A DNA stretch of 64,000 nucleotides. It comes from Mytilus trossulus (Eukaryota). The stretch is taken from assembly GCF_036588685.1 (NCBI RefSeq), contig NC_086377.1, forward strand, positions 58,838,001 through 58,902,000, written 5' to 3'. The position numbers were made by a program, and so were the translations under genes. Under the pieces are notes generated by a model. The model saw only the letters and a program-made list of their open reading frames with translations, was not told the DNA's origin and did not search any database. Of the stretch, positions 51,417 through 63,518 are shown in pieces. The number at the start of each line of letters is the position of its first letter. Position 1 is the first letter of the stretch.

Positions 51417-52246
51417 AAGTGAAACCTGACTAAACCGAATTCTGCATAAACCGATGACCTGTATAAACCAAACATGTTCTAAAGCAGGGATGGGGTAATT
51501 GAAAATGTAATGGTAATTGAGTGTAATGCATTACAATTTTCCATGTAATTGAATTTAATGTGTAATTGAGCATTTTTTTTTAATTACATGTAATGGTAAT
51601 TTAATTAATTACATTGAAAAAGGCATGTAATGCTCAATTACTTTTGAATTACATTTCAATTACATGTACTTCTATTGTGTTAAAGATAAGGATTTATGTT
51701 TCATAATATAAATTGTAAAATTATATTTATTTTTTTCAAATATTGATATAACATACTTTTTTTAATATATAAAGTCTGTAATTTATTCTGAATTTTTTTT
51801 AATTTTCTATTGCTGTCAAAGTGTACAGACCAGAGAGATTCAGACTAAATGACACAACATTTAAATAACTAATGATTGTCACATGCCACGCTTAAACTTT
51901 GCTTACATGAATATTTTACACATTATTTATTAAATATATGTATAATATTATTAAAAAATATCATGATGAAATGTAATGTGTGATTTAACTAATTACTTTA
52001 GTAAAGTAATTGTAATTTTATTAATTACATTTCCAAAACTGTGTAATGTGTAATTAGTATAATTGATCATTTTTGCAATGTAATGTGTAATTTAATTAAT
52101 TACATTCCAATGTAATTGACCCAAAGTCTGTTCTGAAGCATCATCGTATCAACTAGTATGCGTTTTGAACCTGAAAACACCGAACATCGGTCAAAACCGA
52201 AAAAAGTGTTAAGATCGAAAAGGATCGGTTGAAACAGGTTTCACTG
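51417..52246. mobile_element. Tc1/mariner(pogo)-like MITE hosting a nested hAT-like MITE
   Basis: TA|aagtgaaacctgactaaaccga ... tcggttgaaacaggtttcactg|TA. Confidence 0.7.
51485..52130. mobile_element. hAT-like MITE with (tgtaat) subterminal repeats
   Basis: cagggatggggtaatt ... aattgacccaaagtctg, flanked by an 8-bp TSD ttctaaag / ttctgaag. Confidence 0.75.
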
Positions 52247-52364
52247 TAATAAACTATAAACGATTTTCAACTTTTTGCGTTATATTTCTAAAAGCAAGGA
52301 CATCATATCCTTTCGTAAACATTTGCTTTCAATAACGTTTATTTTGTAATCTTATATATTTCAG

Positions 52365-52682
52365 GTATAAAAGATGCTGTTAAATTAATCAAATGGTATA
52401 AAATTATAGTTCATGAAATTAGCATCGACAAAACTGGAATTCTAGACAAGCTATTTACTAAAGATGTTATAGACCGTGAGATTCATGAAAAACTTTCATC
52501 AGTAAATATGACTTCACACGAGAAAAATAGAAGACTTTTGGGAAAACTTATAAGAAAAGATATTTCGTCTGCCTTTCCAATTTTCCTTGAAGTTCTGAGA
52601 GAAGATAGCTGTTATAAGGATTATGCCGAAAAGATAGAAGAAACACATGTCACACAGAACGACTTAGAATTATTGAATATTG
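52365..52682 (+). CDS. Gene C CARD-like domain 2 exon
   Basis: tttcag|GTATA...ATTG|gtaggt; 318 nt, open; EKNRRLLGKLI..SAFPIFLEVLREDSCY. Confidence 0.82.
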
Positions 52683-52904
52683 GTAGGTTATAAATATTTT
52701 GAATATGTATCATAATGATATGAAATTTGTTACAATATAACAGATTGCTTTTTAAGATCTACAATTAGTCTTTTTTTTTAATTTAAATTGTAAAAAGTAA
52801 AATCACAAAAAGTACTGAACTCAGAGGAAAATCAAATCGAAACGTCCCTAATCAAGGCAAAATTCAAATGACAAAACACATACAAAACGAATGGACAACA
52901 TTAC

Positions 52905-55900
52905 ATAAAATTGAGAATGGAAATAGGGAATGTGTCAAAGAGACAACAACCCGACCAAAAAATAAAAACCAGCAGAAGGTCGCCAACAGGTCTTAAATGT
53001 AGCGAGAAATTCCAGCACCCGGAGGCGTCCTTCAGCTGGCCCCTTAACAAATATATACTAGTTCAGTGATAATGAACGCCATACTAATTTCCTAATTGTA
53101 CACAAGAAACTTAAATTAAAATAATAGTAGACTAACAAAGGCCAGAGGCTCCTGACTTGGGACAGGCGCAAAAATGAAGCGGGGTTAAACATGTTTGTGA
53201 GATCTCAACCCTCCCTATATACCTCTAACCAATGTAGAAAAGTAAACGCATAACAATACGCACATTAAAATTCAGTTCAAGGGAAGTCCGAGTCTGATGT
53301 CAGAAGATGTAACCAAAGGAAATAAACAAAATGACAATAATACATAAATAACAACAGACTACTAGCAGTTAGGTGACATGCCAGCTCCAGACTTCAATTA
53401 AACTGACTGAAAGATTATGATTTCATCATATGAACATCAGGCACAATCCTTCCCGTTAGGGGTTAAGTATCATTCCATCATAACATATATGAGATGAACA
53501 TAATCCGTGTCATGCCAACAACTGTTTTTAGAATAAATGTGTTAAGTTCCGACGCAAAGACCTTATCAGTGACTCAATATTAACGCCAAAATATGCAATT
53601 TTTAATGACTTGACAACAGTATCGTAATTAATTCCTTCTTAATAAGTCTATTCAAAGGATTTGTAAGTTTCAGAGGTGAATACTGACACCTTTGTGCTTT
53701 CTAAAGAATATTTCCATAAAAAACTGGATGTGAAATACCTGAACGTATAAGAAGTCTACATGTTGAGCTATATTTACGAATGATGTCTTTATACCGATGA
53801 TAAAATTTAGTAAATGTTTGGACTAGTTTGTGATATCGAAAACCCTGGTGTAATAATTTTTCAGTAAGACATACATTCCTCTCGTTAAAATCTAAAACAT
53901 TGTTACATACACGAGCGAATCGTACAAGTTGAGATATATAAACACCGTAAAATGGTGACAAGGGAACGTCACCATCTAAAAACGGATAATTAACGATAGG
54001 AAATGAAAAATCATCCCTTTTATCATAAATTTTAGTATTCAGCTTTCCGTTAGTGATATAGATATCAAGATCGAGGAAAGGGCAGTGGTCATTGTTAGTA
54101 TTAGCCTTATTTGAAGTAAGTTCAACAGGATACATTTCATTAATATACATACTGAGGTCGTCATTATTGAGAGCCAAAATATCATCCAAATATCTAAAAG
54201 TATTATAAAATTTGTTTACCAGATGTTATTTCGATGGGTTTTTGTTTTTTTTGGTCATAAATTGTAACTCATAACAATGCAAAAACAGGTCCACAATAAG
54301 TGGTGCACAGTAAGTCCCCATTGGAATTCCGATAATCTGACGATATACGGAACCCCCAAAGTGAACAAAAATGTTATCTAGTAAAAATTCAAGGGCATAT
54401 ATAGTATCAAAGCATGTCCATTAACAGAGTATTTTTTGTATTGCTACTAAAAAATGACCTAAAAATTCTGATTTTTTGAATGCCCATTTAATTAGGTGTG
54501 TTATTTTTTTCTTAATGAGAATGTGAGGCAATGTGGTATACAGGGTAAAAAAATCAAAACTTTGAACAGATTCAAAATCACCAATATAAGCATGCAATTT
54601 ATCAAGTACTTCCAACGAGTTCTTGACACTCCAAAAGTAATTTATTCCACTATTTTCGAAGGCCTTATTTGAACAATTTATTATCAGTTTTTTAATTGTA
54701 CCAAGTGTGCTGGTAAGATGAATAATCAATTAAGTAGTTGCACAATGGCTTGAAGACGAAATAAATCTATAATTGTAAGGGGTTTTGTGTAGCTTCGGAA
54801 GCCAATACATAGTAGGGACTTTCATTGTATTTTGCTCTGCTTGTAAAGCGGTGGCTAAAAGTTTATGTTTGTTACAGATTTCGTTTTCAGAAAATGGAGT
54901 CAGTTGGAATGTTGGTGAATTGGTGATTTCCTTTTTAAGAACCACAATGTAAAATTTACGTCAAACAATAATAATATTATTAGCAGCTTTATCGGCCGGG
55001 ACAAAAATAAATTCCTTGACTAGTTCTTATAGTTTATGTTTGATACGAGAAATAGGTTTATTGTGGTTCTTGTTAATAGTAAAATGTTCTTTAAAATGTT
55101 GAACACATATATCAACTATCTTCATTACTGAATTAAAAAAAGAGTCCACAGATTTTTTTGTCAACCTTTTCCTGTTTTATCCATTTCATACAGTATGGAG
55201 TGAGTCGTGGATGATATTACGACACTCTTTCCATTTAATAATTGACGGGGGACGATATTTAGGTCCTTTACTGAGGAATGATTTTAACTCTCGGTCTTGA
55301 ACGATGTTAAGATCTCCTGTTATAACATGGGAAATGGGTCCATAAATATATTCGGAATTACTGCAATTACATGAAGTAGGTGTATTTTCACTGATATTAA
55401 CATCTTTACACAATTGACTATAATTAAACACAAATTTCCGGGTAGATTTCTTGTAAATATAGCAAATAAGAGGCAGCTTAGTATTGTCAAAATATCCAGG
55501 AATTTGATCTTTAACAGAATGGTCGTTAAATATACAGGCAATATTTACAAAATCAAAGCCTTTATTGACATACTTAATTTTAATAAAATGTTTCTTTTAT
55601 GAACTTCAGGGAGATCAATTTTTGGAAATAATTTAGAATAACAACATGCCATGATAATTTGAACAATTTCATAATACGGACTGCTATATGAAATTGTGTT
55701 GCAATCCTCCAAAATTTTATTTAACTTATTAACCGGTAACGAACAGAGTTTTGTTAACAGATAATGTCTGCCGTTGTTTTTTGAAATAGAAATTAGGTCC
55801 AAAATATTGGTATGATTGGCCCGAAATTTTCTTTGATTGCGATTTGTTCTACGACCGTGAGAACGTTTTTTCGAACAGTTTCAGAAACTATATCCAAAAT

Positions 55901-56015
55901 GTTAACGGAATTGGTTCTAGATATATTACCAATTCCAATTATCATTTAGACCGAGAGGGTAAACTGTCTGTCATTTTTTAATCCTATTTATTTCAATTAT
56001 TTTCCGTTATCGTAC
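52905..56015 (-). mobile_element. 5'-truncated, degenerate Penelope-like retroelement with N-terminal endonuclease (Naiad-type)
   Basis: Order on minus strand: GIY-YIG C-terminal motif E..RIKK*QTVYPLGLND (~56008-55940), CxC linker SCNCS, KGPKYR, PADKAANN, YWLPKLHK, FDF.TLYT, GIPMGT, RYLDD (~54195-54181), PFLDL, YDKRDDF, YGVYISQLVRFAR. Confidence 0.9.
53427..53491 (-). promoter_or_regulatory. Candidate form-2 SECIS element in the 3' UTR of the Penelope-like element
   Basis: Minus strand catatatgtt-ATGAT-ggaatgatactt-AA-c-ccc(taac)ggg-aaggattgtgcc-TGAT-gttcatatg: core quartet, 12-pair helix II with 2 mismatches, AA bulge, mini-helix. Confidence 0.7.
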
Positions 56016-56375
56016 AAGTTCAAATGGCAAAACACATAAAACACATTTTCCGTGATCGTACAAAATTCAAATAACAAAACACATAAAAAACGAATGGACA
56101 ACATTACGTCTATACAACGTTTTAGAATGTTAAGTATTAAGGTTAATAGGTTCCAAAGAGTAACCGAAACGTTTTGATTTGTTAAAACATCTTGAAAATG
56201 GACAATTCACCAATGAAGTTACGTGTTTTCCAAAATAATGAAATAATATACAATCCTTGAGATTCTCAAACGTAGAAAATTTCGTTTACTTTAAATTTCA
56301 TACTTTTTATTACAGTGTATAGTTTGGGACTACTTACATATGAGTATATGCATATATCGTGTAATTCTATTGTAG

Positions 56376-56414
56376 GAAACAGAATTAGAGAACGGAAAAG
56401 AAATGGAATGAGTG
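56376..56414 (+). CDS. Gene C basic micro-exon
   Basis: ttgtag|GAAAC...AGTG|gtaaat; 39 nt, phase 1-1; GNRIRERKRNGMS. Confidence 0.7.
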
Positions 56415-57081
56415 GTAAATATATATTGTGTACCATTATTGATAAAATCAATACAATGTAAACTTTAAGGAAAAACTGTGTTTGAAGATTTGGAAAGAAG
56501 ATAGAGTTTAGTTTGGCCTTGTTAAATCTATTGAGTTCTTATCAACTAATTTAAATTTATGAAATACTTGAATTAAACTGCTGCCAACCTTCACAACGGA
56601 CACATTTTTTAATAGGTCAACGTACAGTGTTTAACTTTTGAAAAAGTTCTTACTGTTTGGTTCTAAATTATTGACTCGCTCACACAAAAACACATAGTAA
56701 GAACACTTACTAAAGACAAAAAGTTATTCTGTTTGGTCCTTCATGTCAAGTTAAGAAATAAACAGATAAAGTCACATAGCATAAAGTCTATCCTAAACAA
56801 AACTGGTCGCATTTTTAAAATGTTTCCGGTGGGTTACTTCATGCATGTCAAGAAGAATAATAAAAACAGTTATTCCCTCATAGTATGGCCGCCATTCTAA
56901 ATTTCCAATGCTTAACGAGATTATCCAAATAGTTAGACCTAAATGAGTCGCTATCTAAATATTGGTGCTTGTTTTTTCTTATCTGTATGTTCAAAATATA
57001 TAAAGAATAAATTATAAATGACACTTTCTCTTTTTATTTACAATTAAAATATAAACAAGTAACCAACTATATGTTCTTAAG

Positions 57082-60000
57082 ATCTTATGGTCGATCAAAT
57101 AGAGAAATGGAAGATTGAGAGCAAAATTTACGTCCAAACTAGAGCGACGGATGTTGTACTTTCAAGTATGAACTGCAACAACTGTGTAAGTGTCATAGGA
57201 CCAGCTGGAAGTGGGAAAACTGCAATTGCTAGACACGTAGCCCTCGAAATGGAAAGACTTGGATACACACTTCTAACAGTGACTGATGCAAAAGAAGTAA
57301 AAGATCTATACAAATCAGACAGAAAAACGTTGTACATTGTTGACGATATGTGTGGAAATTTTACAGCCAGCCAAAGTCGGATAGAAGAATGGAAGAAATC
57401 AATGAACGACATTAAGGGTATTCTTGAAAAATGGTAATTGTAAGTTGATTTTAACATGTAGACTTCAAGTTTTTCAAGATAAAGGGTTTACAAATTTAGA
57501 AATCTTCAAAACATGTGTATGTAACCTGAGGTCACATAGTTTATCTTTAACGTCTGAAGAAAAGGAAAAAATGACGGCAGAGTATTTCAAGGAACATGCA
57601 ATAGAAGCATTAGCTTGTTTAAGTGAATATGAGTTTCTTCCATTTTTATGTAAATTATATTATGTACAGAGAAACAATCCAGAATTTAATGTCCGACTTT
57701 TTTTGGATGATCCATTTTCATTTTACAAAAAAGAGTTGCCTAGCATGTACAATGACTGCGCAGAAGGTAGGTACAAATACTGTGCTCTACTTTTGTTAGT
57801 TATATTCAACAACAAATTAGAGGAAAAACACCTCACAGGTAAGGATCTTAAAGTTAAAGAGATTATTGAAGTTATCATAGACGTATGTGAAATAGACGAA
57901 AATATAACAGGTAGGAAACTAAAGTCCCAACTTGAAATACTGACTGGCACGTTTGTGACTTTTGATGAAGGCATCTACAAAACCATTCACGACAAGCTGT
58001 TTGATTTTTTGGCTGTTTACTTTGGAACGCAAGAAGAACTTATAAGCATATTGATAAAGTATGCCGAACCTAGATTTGTTCGGGAAAGATTTTCTGTTAC
58101 AAAAGACATCGAAAATGAATTCCATGTTATACCTATATCTGACGACAATTTGCAGATGTACATGAAACGAGTTTTTAAAGATATGGTAAGTTCATGTGAT
58201 GTTAATCATAACATAGTAGAAAATGTGAATTTAAAGAACATCAAATTACGCACTATGCTCCGTGACTTTATGAGAAATTTTAATAATCATGAAATAATTG
58301 CCTTATTGGAGACAGCGAGCACAAGTTTCTTGAATGTAATGTTTGTCATGAGAGAAGAAGACATCAACGACGAGGTTGAAAATAGGTTTAGGGAATACCA
58401 AAGTTTTTCAATTATTCTACCTGATGATTTAGTACAACAATACATTTACAGGTGGTTTGGTGATTTGACGAAATCTAATTCCATGAAGGCACATTTTAAG
58501 GATAATAGGCTTTTTAAAAGTGTAACATTCCGTATTGATTTAAACTCCTCTATGCGACAAATAAACCAAGAGACAGTTGGCTCTATCATTCGTACTGGAA
58601 GTAAGGATTTCCTAAACAAAATGTTTGTCAAGACAAAACATGATATCAAAGATTTTGCAAAGGAACAATATGAATGCTTTGGTATTGTTATTCCTGAGAT
58701 ATTTTCACAACCTTACATTGATAGGTGGTTTCAGGATTTAACAAGAAACAGCTGGGATACACGTCTTGATGAAATATTTTTTGAGGACAATTCTATCTTA
58801 TATTTATGTTTGGCACCAATTTGGTTCCGTGAAAAAACTAACTTCGAAGAAAATAGACTATTGATGAATATACCATTTCGTGATGCCGTTCGTACCTCCA
58901 TGAGACAACTAACCACGGAAAAGATTACTTCACTCATTGATACAGCAGAGGACATTTTTCTCCATACAATGTTTGTTCTGACAGAGGATGATATCATTGA
59001 CAACGCTAAGAAAACATATACAATGTTTGGTATTATTATCCCCGATGACTTGCTTCAGCAATACATTGAACAGTATTTTGATCGCCTTACAAACCCAAAT
59101 TTGATGGTAACACTCATGAAAAAAATTAGAGCTTTTAAAAATGTTAAGGGTCGCACAGCCCTGCGTACTTATATGAAACAATTAACTAAAGAGAAGATTG
59201 CTTCACTTATTCTGAATGCAGTGTTTACCTTTGTCAACAAAATGTTTGTCATGACAGAGGAGGATATCAAAGACAACACTGAGAACCAATATGAATGTTA
59301 TGGTATTGTTATTCCTGATGAATTAATACAGCAATACATTCATAGATGGCTTGCTCATTTGACTAAAACGACATCGATAAAGGTTGCTTTCGATAAAAAT
59401 AGAACAATGGAAAATGAAATATTTCGGTTTGATTTACGTAACCACTTGAAACAACTAACATTAAACAAAATTGCTTTAAACATTCAGACTTCAAGTGATG
59501 ATTTTATCAACAAAATGTTTGTCATGACAGAGGAAGACATAAAAGACAGCGGTGAGAACCAATATGAATGTTTTGGCATTGTAATTCCTGATGATCTATT
59601 GCAACAGTACATGAAAAGATGGAATGTTTGACTGACACCAGTGATTTAGAGAAATGCATAGATGCTAATAGACTATTTAAGAATTCTGCTTCTCGTACTG
59701 CCTTGTGTAACTACATGAGACAACTGAACACAGAAACAATCGCTTCACTCATTTCGGACGCAAAGGAAGATGTTTTCAATAAAATGTTTGTAATGACAGA
59801 TGAGGACATAAAAGACAGCGCTGAAAACCAATATAAATGTTTTGGTATTGTTATTCCTGATCATTTACTTCAGCATTATTTTGAGATATTGGTCAAACAT
59901 TTGACTAAAACCAGTGGGATCGAGAAATGCATAGATGAAAATAGACCATTGAAAAATGATACATTTCGTACTGGCTTATGTGATTACATGAGACAGTTAA

Positions 60001-62210
60001 ATACAGAAAAGATCGCTCCTCTAATATTGAATGCCAGTGCTGATTTTGTCAACAAAATGTTTGTCATGACAGAGGAAGACATAAAAGACAGCGATGAGAA
60101 CCAATATGAATGTTTTGGTATTGTAATCCCTGATGATCTATTGCAACAGTACATGAAAAGATGGTTGAAATGTTTGACTGACACCAGTGATTTAGAGAAA
60201 TGCATAGATGCTAATAGACTATTTAAGAATTCTGCTTCTCGTACTGCCTTGTGTAACTACATGAGACAACTGAACATGTAACAATCGCTTCACTCATTTC
60301 GGACGCAGAAGAAGATGTTCTCAATAAAATGTTTGTCATGACAGATGAGGACATAAAAGACAATACTGTGAACCAATATAAATGTTTTGGTATTGTTATT
60401 CCTGATCATTTACTTCAGCATTATTTTGAGATATTGTTAAAACGTTTGTCTAAAACGAGTAATTTAGAGGAATGCATAGATGAAAATAGACCATTGAAGA
60501 ATGATACATTTCGTGCTTCCTTATCAGATCACATGAGACAGTTAAATACAGAAAAGATCACTTTTCTAATGTTGGATGCCAATGATGATTTTGTCAACAA
60601 AGTATTTGTCATGACAGAGGAAGACATAAAAGACAACACTGAGAATCAATTTGAATGTTTTGGTATTGTAATTCCTGATAATTTACTTCAGCTTTACATT
60701 GAGAGATGGTTAAAAGGATTAAGTGACATCGGCGATATAGAGAAATTCATACGAGCAAATAGACCATTTAAAAATCAAACATTTCGTTCTTCCTTATCAG
60801 ATCACATTAGACAGTTAAATACAGATAGGATCGCTCCTCTAGTTTGGAATGCAAATGATGATTTTCTCAACAAAATGTTTGTCATGACAGAGGATGACAT
60901 CAGAGACAACACTGAAAATCAATATGAATATTTTGGTATTGTTGTTCCTACTGATCTGCTAAACCCTTACATTGAGAGATGGTTGAAACGTTTGACTAAA
61001 ACAAAAGAGTTACAGAAACACATAGATGAAAATAGACCACAAAAGAATGCTTTATTTCGTAATGCATTTCACACTTACATGGAACAGACAAACGCAGATA
61101 AAATTGCTAATCTGATTCAGATTGGAAGCACAGATTTCATCAATACAATGTTTGTCATGACAACAGATGAAATAAAAGACAACGGCGAAACCAGTTATGC
61201 AGCAAATGTTGCCATTGAAATTCCTCAAGATCTACTACAGCAATACATTGAGAAGTGGGTTGTAGGCTTAACTATAACCAATGAGTTTGAGAAATTTATA
61301 GATACAAATAGACCTTTGAAGACCGCCAAATTTCGTAATGCCTTGTGTACCTACTTCAAACAACTTAACACAGAAAAAATTGCTTCTTTTATTTTGAAAG
61401 TTGATGCGGATTTTCTTAATAAAATGTTTGTCATGACAGATGGTGACATCAATGATAACGCTGTAAACCTATACGAACGATTTGGTATTGTTATTCCTGA
61501 TGATATGTTACAGCAATACATTGAAAGATGGTTTCTCCATTTGTTTGATAGACCCCAGACAAAGAGTTTTTTGGATGGTGCCAGACTTTTGATGAATGCT
61601 GCATTTTGTACTGCCTTTCGAAACTTCATCAAACAGTTTAACAGAGAACAAAAATACCTATTTCATTCAGGCAGGAAGCATAGATTTTCTAAATACAATG
61701 TTTATCATGACACATGATGACATTGTAGACGACGGTGCTAATCGATATGAATGGTTTGGTATTGTAATTCCTGATGATCTTCTTCTGTTACAGCAATACA
61801 TAGAAAGATGGTTCAAAAGTGTGACAGAGGCCAACTCGGTGAAGGTATATATGAATGCTAATAGGCTTTTAACGAATGCTTCCTTCCGGACTGCACTTCA
61901 TACATACATGAGCCTACTTGACACAGACGAAATCGAAAGCCTTATTCGCACTGGTAGTAGTGACTTCCTCAATACAATGTTTGTTCTAATGGAGAATGAC
62001 GTATTCAGTGAACACTCTTATTATCGATTCGAAAGTTTTGGTATTGTTATACCTGATGATATGTTACAGCAGTACATAGAAAGATGGATGGATTGTATGA
62101 CAAAGACCGACTCCGTGATGGAATTTGTAGGTGTCAATAGGTCTTCTATGAGTATTATATTGCAGACCGAATTGGAACCATATATGACCGAGGTAATTTC
62201 AGAAAAATAG
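57082..62210 (+). pseudogene. Gene C terminal exon: nSTAND3-type NTPase + 14 x 91-aa repeats, broken by four frameshifts
   Basis: ttaag|ATCTTATG; Walker A GPAGSGKT; ORFs 57087, 57424, 59619, 60329 and 61596 are colinear with gene B; indels at ~57430 (+1), ~59622 (-4), ~60278 (-1), ~61652 (+1). Confidence 0.85.
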
Positions 62211-63359
62211 TCTTTGGATCCGGAAACATGTTGTTTTTAATTTGTTTTTCGTAATACTCAATACTATATGAATCGCAATAGGATAAATAAATAAAAAAGA
62301 GAAATCACCTTTGTTGTTGCATTATATAAGAACTTTTGTTTTACTTTCTTTTTTTGCATACCCATTTAAGGGTAAACGATACAGTTTTGATCCCACGGTG
62401 AGGTCTTACGAACACATGCATACAAGCTATGTTTTACCTAGGAAATTCAAATATGTAATAGAAATAACCTTCGTATGCTACTAAGGGTCTCACTTTTAAA
62501 TTTTAATCAAAATTTCAAAATGTATTACAAATCTTTGAAAATAATAAATTTCTTTCAAAGTTTCATCGTTTAGAAAAAGATTGGCATTTTTTACTGTATA
62601 TTCATACTTTACAAAGTATGGATGAAAAAATGGTAAGATTCTGGTAATGTGTTACTGATTTGTAACAACAAAGTATGAGTGAAAAAGTAAAGTAATGTAG
62701 TCATCATGAAATAATGTTTAACAAAACAGAATTGGTAAAATGAAAGTGATAGAGGTAAGTTGACATCAAAGATCATCAAACAACGTTATTTTTTTGTTTT
62801 TTTTGTTTTAAATAAATTTCAAAAAGATACTATAATTCAGTTTATCAAAGGTCGATCGGTCGTGCCGAACAACAAAGGTGAGTCCTATTTTTACAACAAA
62901 ATCATATTTCCACCTGAGCAATTTCACAATTGATGAAACAGGTGAGAAAAGAGACCAAATATTTGATAAGACCCACCTTATTTCTGCAATATCTTATCAT
63001 GTGTCAATATTTACTTAGTGTGCATCAAATGCTAAATCTTCAATCAACATCAGTAGATTTTATATATAGGAAAAAAAGTCTGCCTTTTTTCATTAAATGT
63101 TAAAATTATCTGCCTTTTTATAGTGAATTTTATAAATACATACCTTTTTGTAATTATTTTTATAAATGTATATGTATATGTCATAATTTGTATTTATCTT
63201 CTGTCAGAGAATAAAAATTAACATTTGCGATGTGACTTTTCCCATCAACAGCTCAATCATTTAAATTGTCTATTATATTGTAATGACGCACCTTTTGACA
63301 GTTGAATGTTTCATAAAGATTGGAATTCCTTATTTTGTTAACTTGATTAATTTGTTGAT

Positions 63360-63518
63360 NNNNNNNNNNNNNNNNNNNNNNNNNNNNNNNNNNNNNNNNN
63401 NNNNNNNNNNNNNNNNNNNNNNNNNNNNNNNNNNNNNNNNNNNNNNNNNNNNNNNNNNNNNNNNNNNNNNNNNNNNNNNNNNNNNNNNNNNNNNNNNNNN
63501 NNNNNNNNNNNNNNNNNN
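63360..63518. other. Assembly gap (159 N)
   Basis: Run of N. Confidence 1.

Noticed and set aside
57420-61660. Programmed ribosomal frameshifting in gene C
   Set aside because: Four heterogeneous indels, two absent from the sister repeat copy, and gene B is open at all equivalent sites; mutation or sequencing error is simpler.
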